A stretch of DNA of 64,000 nt, taken from NCBI GenBank assembly GCA_951406725.2, contig OX597817.1, positions 162,006,001 through 162,070,000 on the forward strand, in the 5' to 3' direction. Within the stretch, counting starts at the first letter, position 1; the number at the start of each line of letters is the position of its first letter. Under the pieces are notes generated by a model. It was not told the origin of the DNA. It saw only the letters and a program-made list of their open reading frames with translations, and ran no database searches. Below, one piece after another: positions 12,769 to 25,782 of the stretch. The stretch is from Octopus vulgaris. Its lineage: Eukaryota. The position numbers and the translations under genes are program-made.

Positions 12769-13261
12769 TATGGTATGTTACATAAAACGATTAATCTACA
12801 CCTGGTGTGTTACAGAGTTTATCTCGACTGTGTCTAATAGTCTTACTAAGATTAATTGAACAATATTAATTCTATTCCATGGCGCATTAGAACATCTTCT
12901 TGATGACAGATTATTTGAACTAGTCTCCGCACGTTATATGAAGTAGTATCTCGTTTATCATACATTTGTTGCACAAATGTCTCTGAACTGCCCTGAATAT
13001 ATTTTGAACTACTGAGCGCAGTCATGGCTGCATGGTTAAGAAGTTCGCTTCTCAACGATGTAGTTTTACGTTCAGTTCAGGCCCTCTCCGCGGCACCTAA
13101 GACAAGTGTTTTCTGCTGCAGCTCGTATCGATCAACAGCTTGTGAGTGAATTCAGGAGACGGAAGCTGTGGAAGCTGGTCGCATCATTCATACATACATA
13201 CATACATACATACATACATACATACATACATACATACATACATACATACATACATACATTA

Positions 13262-13458
13262 TGTGACTTCGTGTGTATCGTTGGGGATTTTTTTCCTCCA
13301 TCTTCCCTTCCTTTTTCTATGTTTCTGACGAAGAGCTCCGCTCGAAACGTTAAATCCTTCTTTCTTTCCTTTCCTGAGCGTCCAATAACACTATACTTGT
13401 TCCACGTCCTCGCGTTGTTGTGTTTTCCATTTGTGTCTTCATGTTTGGATTAACTTTA
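13262..13458 (+). mobile_element. About 200-bp microsatellite-embedded element with a variant hammerhead core (family P1)
   Basis: Flanked on both sides by (TACA)n; GTTT-CTGACGA-A-GAGCtccGCTC-GAAA-CGTT-AAA at 13321-13355; homologous to 35604-35825 and 52745-52940. Confidence 0.65.
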
Positions 13459-13915
13459 CATACATAAATACATACATACATACATACATACATACATACA
13501 TACATACATACATACATACATACATACATACATACATGCATACGTATATACATACATACATACATACATACATACATACATACATACTTGTAACATATGT
13601 ACCAAGCCTTCATCTCCATACATTACATACCAGATTACAAATTCAGGTTTATACCTGTAATTATTGTAATTACCTGAGATATATAACACACTGCCTAAAC
13701 ACCAATCTTGTAAAATTAGGTTTCTCAAAACCAGAAAGGAGAAAGCTAATTCGAAGATTACAGATCCAATCCATCACTGGAAACGTGAAAATCTGTAAAA
13801 CTTTCCACAAGTTTATCATTTAAGTATATATGAGCATGTCTAGATATGTAACTATATGCATGAGAATACATACATAAAACAAACATTCAAATCTGCACAT
13901 ATACATACATACAAA

Positions 13916-14184
13916 GTTCGAAAATCGATTAAGGTTGTTCATCATTATTCCAGTCTGCGGAGAAATGGCTAAAATTTGCCCTGTTTGGACTAAGATCCCC
14001 ATTGACAGGCCACTGGTATTTATAGAGTGTTCAACACTTTTGGTATGCAAATTAGGGACACCTTCATAGAGTAACTGCTGCATTTGTTGAGTATATAAAT
14101 AGTTTGGCTGCTTGTTCCTCTGGGAACTGTCAGAAATCATTCTCCTCTGATGAGAACCCAACAACGTTCGGAAATCGATTAAAG
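13916..14184 (+). mobile_element. 250-bp terminally redundant hammerhead-bearing element (family P2)
   Basis: GTTCGAAAATCGATTAAGG (13916-13934) recurs as GTTCGGAAATCGATTAAAG exactly 250 bp later, where it is preceded by CCT-CTGATGA-GAAC; flanked by TACA-like and GACA/GATA microsatellites. Confidence 0.7.
14144..14184 (+). ncRNA. Minimal type-I hammerhead ribozyme motif (mutated copy)
   Basis: CCT|CTGATGA|GAAC-ccaacaac-GTTC|G(G/A)AA|ATCGAT|TA|A(A/G)G; stem II GAAC/GTTC; palindromic stem III AATCGATT. Confidence 0.65.
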
Positions 14185-14470
14185 ACAGACAGACAGACAG
14201 ACAGATAGATAGATAGATAGACAGATAGATAGATAGACAAACAGATATGTGTGTGCGTTTTTGTCGCTGTGTTTGTCCCTCCATCACTTGAAAACTGGTA
14301 TTGACGCTTAAGCCCTTGTAAATCTGCGGCACAACAAAAGAAAAGAGCCAAATTTACAATAAGTACTGGGATCGATTTATTCGACTAAGTTTGTTGAAGG
14401 TGACGCTCCACCATGGTCGCAGTTGAAAAGATTTTAAAATTTTGCAAAGGGTAAAAATAAAATAGTACTA

Positions 14471-15330
14471 CAGCAAACCCTCGACTATCGCGGGTATTAC
14501 GTTCCTAAACCCCACGCGATAGGTGAAAATCCGCGAAGTAGAAACAGTACTATACTGGGCGATCTTTCGTCTCTAGTAGACCTTTCCGTCGATTTCCGTA
14601 AAAAAAATTTTTTTTTACATATGGGCTTGCGGGAACTTTTGAAGTAATATACATACATATACACATACACCGAGTAAAAAATTTCAGTTATCTCCCTCTT
14701 TCACACATTACTCTCTCTGTCTCTTCACACACACTAACAGAAGCACTTCAGTTACACAACATACTGTCTGTCTCCCACACCCCATCAAACACACACGCAC
14801 ACACACACACACACACATGTACATCAATGGTTGCCATGCACGGTAACTTCAAAAGAACTTCCCTCGTCATACAATCGCTTTCTCTTAGTTTCTTTCGCTC
14901 TCATTACTTCAAAAGTTCCCGCAAGCCCATATGTAAAAAAAGAAAATTTTTTTACGGAAATCGACGGAAAGGTCTACTAGAGACGAAAGTGCCACACAGT
15001 GGGACTGAACCCGGAACCATGTGGTTGGTAAGCAAGCTACTTACCACACAGCCACTCCTGCGCCTGTGTATCTTCTTTTCATATAATCTAATTAATGTGT
15101 TATACAGTGCAGTACTGTACTGTATTTTCATTTATTAATTTATTAATTTTTAGGCGTGAAAATGCTTATTTTACAACAGAAATAATTAAAATCTAAAACA
15201 AAATATAAATACCTATCACTCTCAAAACCCCGCGACATACTGAGGAGTCCGCGATATAAATTTACGTATATCAGCCAGAAAAAGTACTGCGGGCGCGATA
15301 GGTGAACCGCGATATGGCGAATGATTACTG
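14471..15330. mobile_element. Tc1/pogo(Tigger)-like MITE carrying nested insertions
   Basis: TA|CAGCAAACCCTCGACTATCGCGG ... CCGCGATATGGCGAATGATTACTG|TA; imperfect TIRs and a TA duplication. Confidence 0.65.
14564..14989. mobile_element. MITE with about 85-bp near-perfect TIRs, nested in the previous element
   Basis: CTTTCGTCTCTAGTAGACCTTTCCGTCGATTTCCGTAAAA... mirrored by ...TTTTACGGAAATCGACGGAAAGGTCTACTAGAGACGAAAG. Confidence 0.85.
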
Positions 15331-15545
15331 TACGAAATAATATTATGGCGGGCGAGCTGGCAGTATTATTAGCACGCCAGGCAAAATGCTTAGCAGCATT
15401 TCACCCGTCTCAACGTTCTGAGTTCAAATTACACCGAGATCGAGTTTGCTTTTTATTTTGTCAATGAAATAAGTATCATTTGAGCACTAGAGTAGCAACA
15501 TCGGTCGTCCAGCATGGGACAGACACACACACATACATACGTACT

Positions 15546-15609
<64 letters not shown>

Positions 15610-16639
15610 AGGGAATATAATTCCAAACTTACAGGGAATAATTTAATTTAGAAAAACTTAATCATTGGTATATGTTCTTATATTTAATTTTTTCTTTCGG
15701 ATGTAATTTTTTTCTACATGGTATAATTAAATTTTTTCATTGTTGAATTGATAAAAGGTGGTTTTTTTCTACTTTATATATATATATATATATATATATA
15801 CGACGGCCTTCTTTCAGTTCTGTCTATCAAATGCACTCACAAAATTTTGTTCAGCCCAAAAGCCCAAGGTTATTTTAGAAGACACTTTACGAGGTGCCAC
15901 GCAATGACACTGAACCCGGAACCATGTTGTTGGGAAGCAACACTTGTATTTTAACCACGGCCCAAGAAAACAATAGTAAATTATACAAAAAACTCGAGAC
16001 AGTCTGCGTCATAGGTTTCACACAGGTCACACCCACAGAGCACCTACACAATGATATAAAAACTAATAAAAAAAATTAAAGATCACATGAGTATAGGAAG
16101 GAAAGGTGCAGTTTATTGCCGCTGTAAGATATGCAGTCTTGCCACCACATTACAATCACAACTGTCAGTTCCGAGGGGTGGCCAGTGGGGATAGGGTTCG
16201 GGTACACCCCCCGGACGATGCCTTTCAGGGTACAGACTTTGAGTCTGCTGTATAAGCCTCTGATGGTTTGGTGGCCCTGTAGGTGTATGTGAGGGGGGAA
16301 GTCAAGGGTTGACATGGATGGCTCATATTCTAGCTAAGCCTCTGGTCAGTTCTGCAACACTCAAAAACACACTACTGGGGTATGAGACATTTTGGCATAA
16401 CCGTATATTTGGTGTAATAGAGTACAGGACATACAACACAAGGAAAATTTGGTTCTTAATATTAAAAATGATGCACACTCTTAACCTTTCTGTCCCCCTC
16501 CCTTTCTCAGCCTTCATTCTTTCTGGTTTCCTTTTCTTCTACCTTACTATCTCTCCCTCTCTCTCATTCTTCATTCTTTCTGGTTTTCTCTACAACCATC
16601 CCCCCTCTCTTACTCCTCCTCTGTCCCGTCGCTGACCAG

Positions 16640-17200
16640 CGACGAGAAAACTACTGTCTTTCTGACCTCGCTTCCCTCGAGTGTAGACGACTTTCCTGTG
16701 TCTCTCTCTGTCGTTCTCAACAAGCGTTCGTAATATTTTCTCTCGTTTGGCTTAACAGCCCTCATTGTCTGTGTTACTGTTATTCTCCTTGTCCTGTCTT
16801 TTACTGTTTATAATTTGTACTGTCTTTACTGTCCTGTTTTTGTTACCATTTTTACCCCTCCGCAAAAAATATCTCAAATTTTATTTAATTTGCTTTTTGC
16901 GGGAAGGAATGTTTCACCGAAGTCGTGTCTCACCTTGACCTTCGAAACGCGGAATAGATGAAACAGAGGCGAGTGAAGAAGGGGAATTTTCCTTGTGTTG
17001 TATGTCCTGTACTCTATTTTTTCGTTGTTTAAGAAAAATGTCCATTTCCTTGGTTTTGTGTTTATGTTTTCGTTTCTCATTGTGTTCGATGTTTTTTTTG
17101 GTGTCCTGTACCCATATATGCATGTATATATACATGTAGATGTAGGTACGTACATATATATATATATATATATATGTATATATGCATATGTTTTATTTAT
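16640..17200 (+). mobile_element. Interspersed element family P3 (homologous to 58620-59370), ending in a TA tract
   Basis: Shared blocks ACCCTCCGCAAAA, CCTTCGAAAC, TTTTCCTTGTGT..TATGTCCTGTAC and ATACATGTAGATGTAGGTACGTACATAT; a partial inverted copy lies at 16417-16449. Confidence 0.65.
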
Positions 17201-17753
17201 TAATTTATTATTATATGACGGAAATTATATAGTTCGTATTAATTTTTTTACCTTAATTGGTTTTAAACGCAGGCTACTTGATAAAATTTTATATAGATTT
17301 TATCCTTAATTGATAAATATTAAACCGGAATATATTCAGTGGTGAATTATTTGGGTTATACGCACGTGGCTGAGATGAACAAGGTAGAAATCTCTTTCAC
17401 GGATATATAAGTGTGAACATTTGTAATATGCTCAGCGGACACGTTGTATTCGTATGGTATGCATAAGTGTTTGTATTTATATATTTCTGGTTGTTTGCAC
17501 TGACGAATGGAGAACGTGTTACAGTGCTGACCATGAAATCGTTTCGATATGCAACTGAACCTTTTAAAAGAATTTTTTTTCTTTGTTCATTCCCTCGACT
17601 TCGGCGTGTGTGTGTATATTTGATAAAGTAGTTTGACTTTAGCGTCCATTTCCATCGTGTAGCTTTACTTATAGAAATAGCCGTTAGAGTAATAATATAT
17701 ATATATATATATATATATATTGAACAGAATGGCGGCAAAGGAACACACGGAAT

Positions 17754-17840
<87 letters not shown>

Positions 17841-19187
17841 TAGAGAGAGAGGGGGGGAGAGAGACATTGATGACATGCTTCCTTTCTCATTTTTCAATCT
17901 TGAAAAAAAATCGAGAAGTGAAATAATGAAATTTTCGCATGAATTTTCTTCCTTTCCTTCTTTCTTTCTTTCTTTCCTTCTTTCTTTCTGTTTTTGAAGT
18001 CACTCCTTATAAGGTGCTACGCAAAAAGTAACCACTTCGTTTTGAGAGAATAACAAAAGAAAAGAAAAGAAAAGCAAAAACACCGACCCGTGGATATAGT
18101 AAAAGACACTTGCCATGCCATGGAACTGAACCTAAACCCAAGAAAAACACGGTTAACTGCTTCACACAACGTTGCCTGTATATACTTGTTGATTTTGTTT
18201 TTGCCTGAGCTATGGAACCAGCTTCTTCTATACGCCTCTCTCGACTCATTGGCTGAGATCAATATTTTATATTTGCATTCTTTTGTTACGGTTTCGAGAT
18301 CAAATACTGCCATAGCTGATTGACTTATTCAGATCGATATAATAAGAACATTTTTTTTTTATTCAAACACTAAAGTGGACATCAACACGCTCAATACAGA
18401 AAGCCAAGATATTTTCAGTTAGCGAAACATTACACAAACAGATGCAGGTATGGCTGTGTGGTTACGGAGCTCGCTTCGCAAACACGTGATTTCAAGTTCA
18501 ATCCCGCTGCGTGGCAAGTAACTTCTGCTGTGAATTTGGAAGCTCATTGTACATATTTTATTTTTACTTGTTTCAGTTATTTGTCTGCGGCCAATCTGGG
18601 GCACCACCTTTTAGTCGAACAAATCGACACCAGGACTTATTTTTTTATAAAGCCTGATACTTATTCTATCGGTCTCTTTTGCCGCACCGCTAAGTTTCGG
18701 GACGTAAACATACCAACATCGGTTGTCAAGCGGTGGGGGTTGAGACAAACACAGACACAAAGATACACACACACAGATAATATATACACACTTATATATA
18801 CGACGGGTTTCTTTCAGTTTCGGTCTACCAAATCCACTCGCAGAGCTTTGGTCAGCCTGAGGCTATAGTAGAAGACACTTGCCCAAGGTGCAATGCAGTG
18901 GGACTGAACCTGGAACCATGTTGTTGAGAAGTATGTGTGTGTGTGTGTGTGCGTGTGTGTCTGTGTGTGTGTGCGCGCGCACGTGCGCCTGTGCATTATT
19001 GTGTTTGCGTTTTTTGTGTGTTTGTTCCCTTTCGACCGCTTGGAAACTGGTATTGGTTTACCTATGTCCCCGTAACTTAGCGGTTCGGCAATATTAACCG
19101 ATGGAATAATTAACAGTCTTTTAAAAAAGAAACAAGTACTGGGGTCGATTTGTTCAGCTGAACATATACATATATATATATGTATAT

Positions 19188-19492
19188 GTGGAGGCGCAAT
19201 GGCCCACTGGTTAGGGCAGCGGACTCGCGGTCGTAGGATCGCGGTTTCGATTCCCAGACCGGGCGTTGTGAGTGTTTATTGAGCGAAAACACCTTAAAGC
19301 TCCACGAGGCCTCGGCAGGGGGTGGTGATCCCTGCTGTATTCTTTCACCACTCTTTCTTTCACTTTCTTCTGTTGGCCTGCTCGCTTAGCCAGCGGGGTG
19401 GCGTCATTCGAAGGCTAAAACAATGCGAAGTACATTGTGGCCAGCGATGTGTAACAACATCTGATGGTCTGGTCGGTCACGTGATCACGTGA
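19188..19492 (+). mobile_element. SINE family C, tail type 2, inserted in a TA-rich tract
   Basis: Same head as the 60658 copy for about 180 bp, then a different 3' end ...CTGATGGTCTGGTCGGTCACGTGATCACGTGA. Confidence 0.85.
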
Positions 19493-20398
19493 TATATATA
19501 TATATATTTATATATATATATATATATATATATACTACGAGCTTCTCTCAGTTTCCGTCTACCAAATCCACTCACAAAACCTTGGTCGGCCCGAAGCTAT
19601 AGTAGAAGACACTTGCCCAAGGCGCCACTGCGGAACCATGTAGTTGGTAAGCAAGCTACTTACCACACAGCCACTCGCTTAACCATTTCACAAATTAAAT
19701 CGGAAGTTTGATTAATCGTTCTTTCAATTAGTCAATCAGCTAGGTTTGTCAGAGGTCTTTCGTCACCATCCACGACCTCATAAACACAAACATGTGTGCG
19801 TGTGTGTATATTTGTATGTGAGTGGAGGGGTAGGAAGGAAAGTGTGTACCTATATTGAGGCCCGAGTGGTTAAGAGCATCATTTCAGAATCAAGACATCT
19901 TAGGTTCGTTCCTGCTGCGTGACATCATAGGTATATGACTTTAAACGTAATCTCAGTCATGTCTATGAAACTGGGTAGGAATCAGTCGGGTGGACTGTAC
20001 CAGTAATTCACAATGTGACACTGATTCTGCTTGACAATTGATTTAAGGGTACACACATGTCTCTGGGCTACTCAGCCACTTATGTTATCATTCAATGAGT
20101 TGTAGGTGAAGGTGGTCAGTTGATCTAGCAACTAAAGTACTAATCGTCGAAACCAGTGGAGGATCAATGCTCTTCCTCCCTCTCTCTCTCTCACTCATTC
20201 TCCCCCCCTCTCTCTAGCCACTAAACCTTTTTTCTATTTTCTCTCCCTGTTTATTTCTGTGTTCTTTTCTGTCGAAGAGCGTAGGCCCGAAACGTAAAAG
20301 ACTTTCTCACTTCCTAAGCGTTAGACTAATACATCTGTTGTTGTTGATTACACACCCGTCTTCGTCTTTTCTTTGTTTTTGTTTTTTTTTTTAAATTC

Positions 20399-20460
<62 letters not shown>

Positions 20461-20559
20461 TATATACATACCATTTACGTTTTACTTGACAAATGTACCA
20501 CGGAGTAGGACTGAACCCGGAACCATGTGGTTGGAAACTAACTTCTTATATATCTCTTT

Positions 20560-20799
20560 CTTTTACGCCTATCAGTCATTAGACTGCGGTCGTGCTGGGG
20601 CACCGCCTTGAATTTTTAGTCGAATGGATGAACCGACCGCAGTACTTCTTTTTTTTTTTTAAGCGTGGTACTTATTCTACCGGTCTCTATTGCCGAACCG
20701 CTCAGTTACAGGGACGCAAACACACCAACACCGATTGTCAAGCAGTGGTGTGGGGGGGCACACATACACACACAAATACACAGACACACTCACACACAT

Positions 20800-20870
<71 letters not shown>

Positions 20871-21008
20871 TATATACGGGCTTCTTTCAGTTTCCGTCAA
20901 CTAAATCCACTCACAAGATTTTTAATGATCTGGGGTTATAGTAGAAGCCGCTTGCCCAAAGTGCCACGCAGTGGGACTGAACCTGAAACCGTGTGGTTGG
21001 GAAGGAAA
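20560..21008 (-). mobile_element. SINE family A (diverged)
   Basis: Reverse-complement family-A tail, microsatellite and head. Confidence 0.8.
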
Positions 21009-21023
21009 CTTGTTATATATTAA

Positions 21024-21071
<48 letters not shown>

Positions 21072-21169
21072 GTATATATATATATATATATATAAAGATA
21101 TATATGCACATATATATATACATACTTATATCTATTCATACATACATACACGCACTCACCCCCTATATA

Positions 21170-21203
<34 letters not shown>

Positions 21204-21339
21204 TATATATACTCACGCGCCCAATCTCACCTACATATACATATATATGCACATATATATTTACATTTTTATGATTGAGAATATTATCTTACGCCGTGCA
21301 AAGACATTATACAATTAAATACACACACACACTCACTCA

Positions 21340-21375
<36 letters not shown>

Positions 21376-21469
21376 CTAGAATTATACGCCCACTCGCATA
21401 TCTACTTATAAACACAGCCAATTAGTTCCTTGTCTGTCTATGAATGCGTGTGTGCGTGTGTGAAGGTGG

Positions 21470-21514
<45 letters not shown>

Positions 21515-21596
21515 ATCCACATTCACACATATATCTATATATATATATATATAGATAGATAGATAGATATATAGATAGATAGATAGACAGATAGAC

Positions 21597-21646
<50 letters not shown>

Positions 21647-21656
21647 GTAGACAGAC

Positions 21657-21706
<50 letters not shown>

Positions 21707-21774
21707 GTAGATAGATAGATAGGTAGGTAGACAGACAGATAGATAGTTAGAGATAGATAGATAGATAGATAGAT

Positions 21775-21851
<77 letters not shown>

Positions 21852-21877
21852 GATAAATATAGATAGATAGATAGACG

Positions 21878-21935
<58 letters not shown>

Positions 21936-21940
21936 TAGAT
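21470..21940. repeat. (TA)n/(GATA)n/(GACA)n compound microsatellite
   Basis: Directly visible. Confidence 0.95.
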
Positions 21941-22259
21941 ATAAATATCTATACAGAATGAATCATACACTAGTGCGTGTGTGTGTGTTTGTGAGTGTGT
22001 GAGCGTATGTATGTGTGTATGTGGAAAGGAACGACTGTATGTATGGTGTGTGAGTTTGTATGTACGTGTAAGTACACACACACACACATATATACATACA
22101 TATATATTTATATACTTACAATATGTGTTTACAAATTTACATGAGTACACACACATATATACACATACACACATACTAACACACACACTAACACACACAC
22201 ATTAACACATATACACTAACACATACACTAACACACACACATTAACACATATACACTAA

Positions 22260-22311
<52 letters not shown>

Positions 22312-22409
22312 CTGACAAACACAAACATAGACAAAGCCAGCGACAAAGGCGACTGAAATATTTGAAGATGGCGCATCTCATTGTTTACGCAATCCTTTTC
22401 CAAATTCCC

Positions 22410-22459
<50 letters not shown>

Positions 22460-22888
22460 AAACACACACATTCACAATAGACGTTGTACGTTCAAACCAG
22501 TAGCAGCAGCAGCAGCAGCGGCAGCAGCAGCGGCAACCACAACAGCAGCAAAAACAAAAACAACAACAATTGCGCCAATAACAGCAACAGCAACAGCAGC
22601 AGCAGCAGCAGCGGGAGATGCAGAAGCAGCAGGAGCAACAAAACATGCTGTAAGAAGAACAACAACAGGAGCAAGCAGCAGCAACAGCAGCAGCTGCAGC
22701 GATAACATCACGACGATGATCATCATCATCAGCAGCAGCAGCGGCAGCTGCAGCAGCAGGCCTGGCGGAACAGCGTAGATGTGAGTGCAAGCAGAGAGAG
22801 AGAGAGAGAGAGAGAGATTTATACATGCAGTTTTTGGCAGACGACTGAGCTTAGTGCATGTGAATATGCAAAGGTGTATATCTGCCTC

Positions 22889-22927
<39 letters not shown>

Positions 22928-22974
22928 TTGTATAACTGATCAGAGACCGTGACATCTATTATTGAGATATATAT

Positions 22975-23030
22975 GAGTGTGTGTGTGTGTGTGTATATAT
23001 ATACATACTTATATACACACTCACACACGC

Positions 23031-23082
<52 letters not shown>

Positions 23083-23199
23083 ATATGTATATATACATAC
23101 TTATATACACACTCACACGCATATGTATATATATATATATATGTGTGTGTGTGTATGTGTATATATACATACTTATATACACACTCACACACACATATG

Positions 23200-23232
<33 letters not shown>

Positions 23233-23275
23233 ATATGTATATATACATACTTATATACACACTCACACACATATG

Positions 23276-23308
<33 letters not shown>

Positions 23309-23348
23309 AGTGTATATATACATACTTATATACACACTCACACACATG

Positions 23349-23381
<33 letters not shown>

Positions 23382-23500
23382 ATATGTATATATACATACT
23401 TATATACACACTCACACACATGTATATATATATATATATGTGTGTGTGTATGTGTATATATACATACTTATATACACACTCACACGCACATATGTATATA
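22975..23500. repeat. Higher-order minisatellite (about 60-bp units) built from GT/TA/CA microsatellites
   Basis: Anchor ATACATACTTATATACACACTCACAC repeated 8 times with variable dinucleotide spacers. Confidence 0.9.
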
Positions 23501-23559
23501 TATATGTGTGTGTGTATATGTGTATGTATATATATGTATGTGTATGTATATATATGCAT

Positions 23560-23597
<38 letters not shown>

Positions 23598-23612
23598 TAT
23601 ATTGAATTTTCT

Positions 23613-23702
<90 letters not shown>

Positions 23703-23704
<2 letters not shown>

Positions 23705-24025
23705 GTGCAGGAGCGGCTGTGTGGTAAGTAGCTTGCTTACCACATAGTTCCGGGTTCAGTCCCACTGCGTGACCAAAGCCTTGTGAGTGGATTTGGTAGA
23801 CGGAAACTGAAAGAAGCCCGTCGTATATGTGTGTGTGTGTGTGTTTGTACCCCGAACATCGCTTGACAACCGATGGTGGTGTGTTTACTTTTCCGTAAAT
23901 TAGCGGTTCGGCAAAGGGTACGGATAGAATAAGTACTAGGCTTACAAAGAATAAGCCCTGGGATCGATTTGCTCGACTAAAGGTAGTGCTCTAGCATGTC
24001 CGCAGTCAAATGACTGAAACAAATA
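23703..24025 (+). mobile_element. SINE family A (internal deletion)
   Basis: Head GGTGCAGGAGCGGCTGTGTGGTAAG through tail GACTGAAAC; CORE-like segment missing. Confidence 0.85.
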
Positions 24026-24029
24026 ACAG

Positions 24030-24080
<51 letters not shown>

Positions 24081-24195
24081 GGCGGGCTTGTGTATGTGTG
24101 TTGAAATACATGCACACACACACAAACACATTTGTACACCTATGGTTATATGCAAACAGGAACAATAGAACTCAAAATGTGAGTATATGTACTTT

Positions 24196-24316
24196 TTTAT
24201 TAATATTTAGCAGAAGTAACAGAGTGACTCAATGTCTGAGAGTTTCGTGCGTTGATGATTTCTAACGCACGAATCTCTCGGACATTGAGTCACTCTGTTA
24301 CTTCAGCTAAATATTA

Positions 24317-24321
<5 letters not shown>
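24196..24321. repeat. About 60-bp-arm inverted repeat abutting (TA)n
   Basis: TTTATTAATATTTAGCAGAAGTAACAGAGTGACTCAATGTCTGAGAGTTTCGTGCGTT is mirrored after a 10-nt spacer. Confidence 0.9.
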
Positions 24322-24357
<36 letters not shown>

Positions 24358-24744
24358 TTATGAGAGGTAATGGTGTCATTAAGACCCAAAGGTGTCAGGT
24401 AATGCTGAATAAGTTCTATAGATAGACCATAGTTAAGTTCCAGGTTCGGTGATTATGCGAATAAGGGGTTCAAAGTTGGTCATATGTCAGCGTGTGTATA
24501 TAAACATTTTTTTTGTAATGAGATCAAAAATTTTTATAAAAATATATATATATATTATATATATTTGTACAATATATTTTCAATATTTTATTTGTACAAT
24601 ACGATCTTCAGATCAGGACACTTGCTATGCAAGTACATCTCCGTAATATATATTTGTATATATACGTATATATATATATATGTATTTTTGTATGTATGTG
24701 TATAAGCATATATCTTTATGTGCGTGTGTTTATATATAAATGTA

Positions 24745-24962
24745 TACTCTTTTACTCAATTACTTGTTTCAGTCATTTGACTGTGGCCATGCTGGAGCAC
24801 CGCCTTTAGTCGAGCAAATCGACCACAGGACTTATTCTTTGTAAGCCTAGTACTTATTTTATCGGTCACTATCGGGGACGTAAACACACCAGCATCGGTT
24901 GTCAAACGATGTTGGGGGGACAAACACACACACACACAAACGTATACACACACACACACACT

Positions 24963-25020
<58 letters not shown>

Positions 25021-25180
25021 TACGACGGGCTTCTTTCAGTTTCCGTCTACCAAATCCACTCACGAGGCTTTAGTTGGCCTGAGACTATAGTAGAAGACAA
25101 TTGCCCAAGGTGCCTGGCAGTGGGACTGAACCCGGAACCATGAGGTTCGTAAGTAAGCTACTTACCACACACCCACTCCT
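24745..25180 (-). mobile_element. SINE family A
   Basis: Full reverse-complement copy. Confidence 0.9.
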
Positions 25181-25246
25181 ATGCTTACATCTATACATAT
25201 ATGTGCTTATATTAATATTGATATAAACTTTAGGCGTGTTTGTATT

Positions 25247-25280
<34 letters not shown>

Positions 25281-25285
25281 TGTGT

Positions 25286-25338
<53 letters not shown>

Positions 25339-25782
25339 AGGATTTAATTTTAGAAAAACAATGATTTGAAAACAAATACTCAGCATAAAAGTATCGTTAT
25401 TATAATATTAAGGATTCCGTCAATGTCAGCTTTGCCTTTCATCACTTCGGGGTTGATAAAATAAGTACCAGTTGATCGCTGGGGTCTATGTAATTGCCTA
25501 CCCCCGCTCCGGGACTTACTGACCTTATGCAAACATTTGAAACTAATATTATACCAAGAAAATTATTGTAGATATTAGCTATTTATAGCGTGTAAGAAAC
25601 TGGGTCGCTATTAAACTTAAGTAGTTCATCTAATTTTCATAACAGTACATGCGTTAACAACGTGATTAGCGAATTTAATGCACGGTATAACACTTTGAGA
25701 AAATATTTATTGCCATGTAATCAGTGCGGTCTTCTTTTTTTTTTCTTTTTTTAATAAGCATAGCAAATTTCTCTTCATTTAT

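Noticed and set aside
16076-16315. 79-aa ORF as a host gene or LINE ORF1
   Set aside because: Only a vague KGIVRGV resemblance; not supportable without a search.
22242-22826. Cys-rich or Ala-rich ORFs
   Set aside because: (CAG/CAA)n repeat translations embedded among microsatellites.
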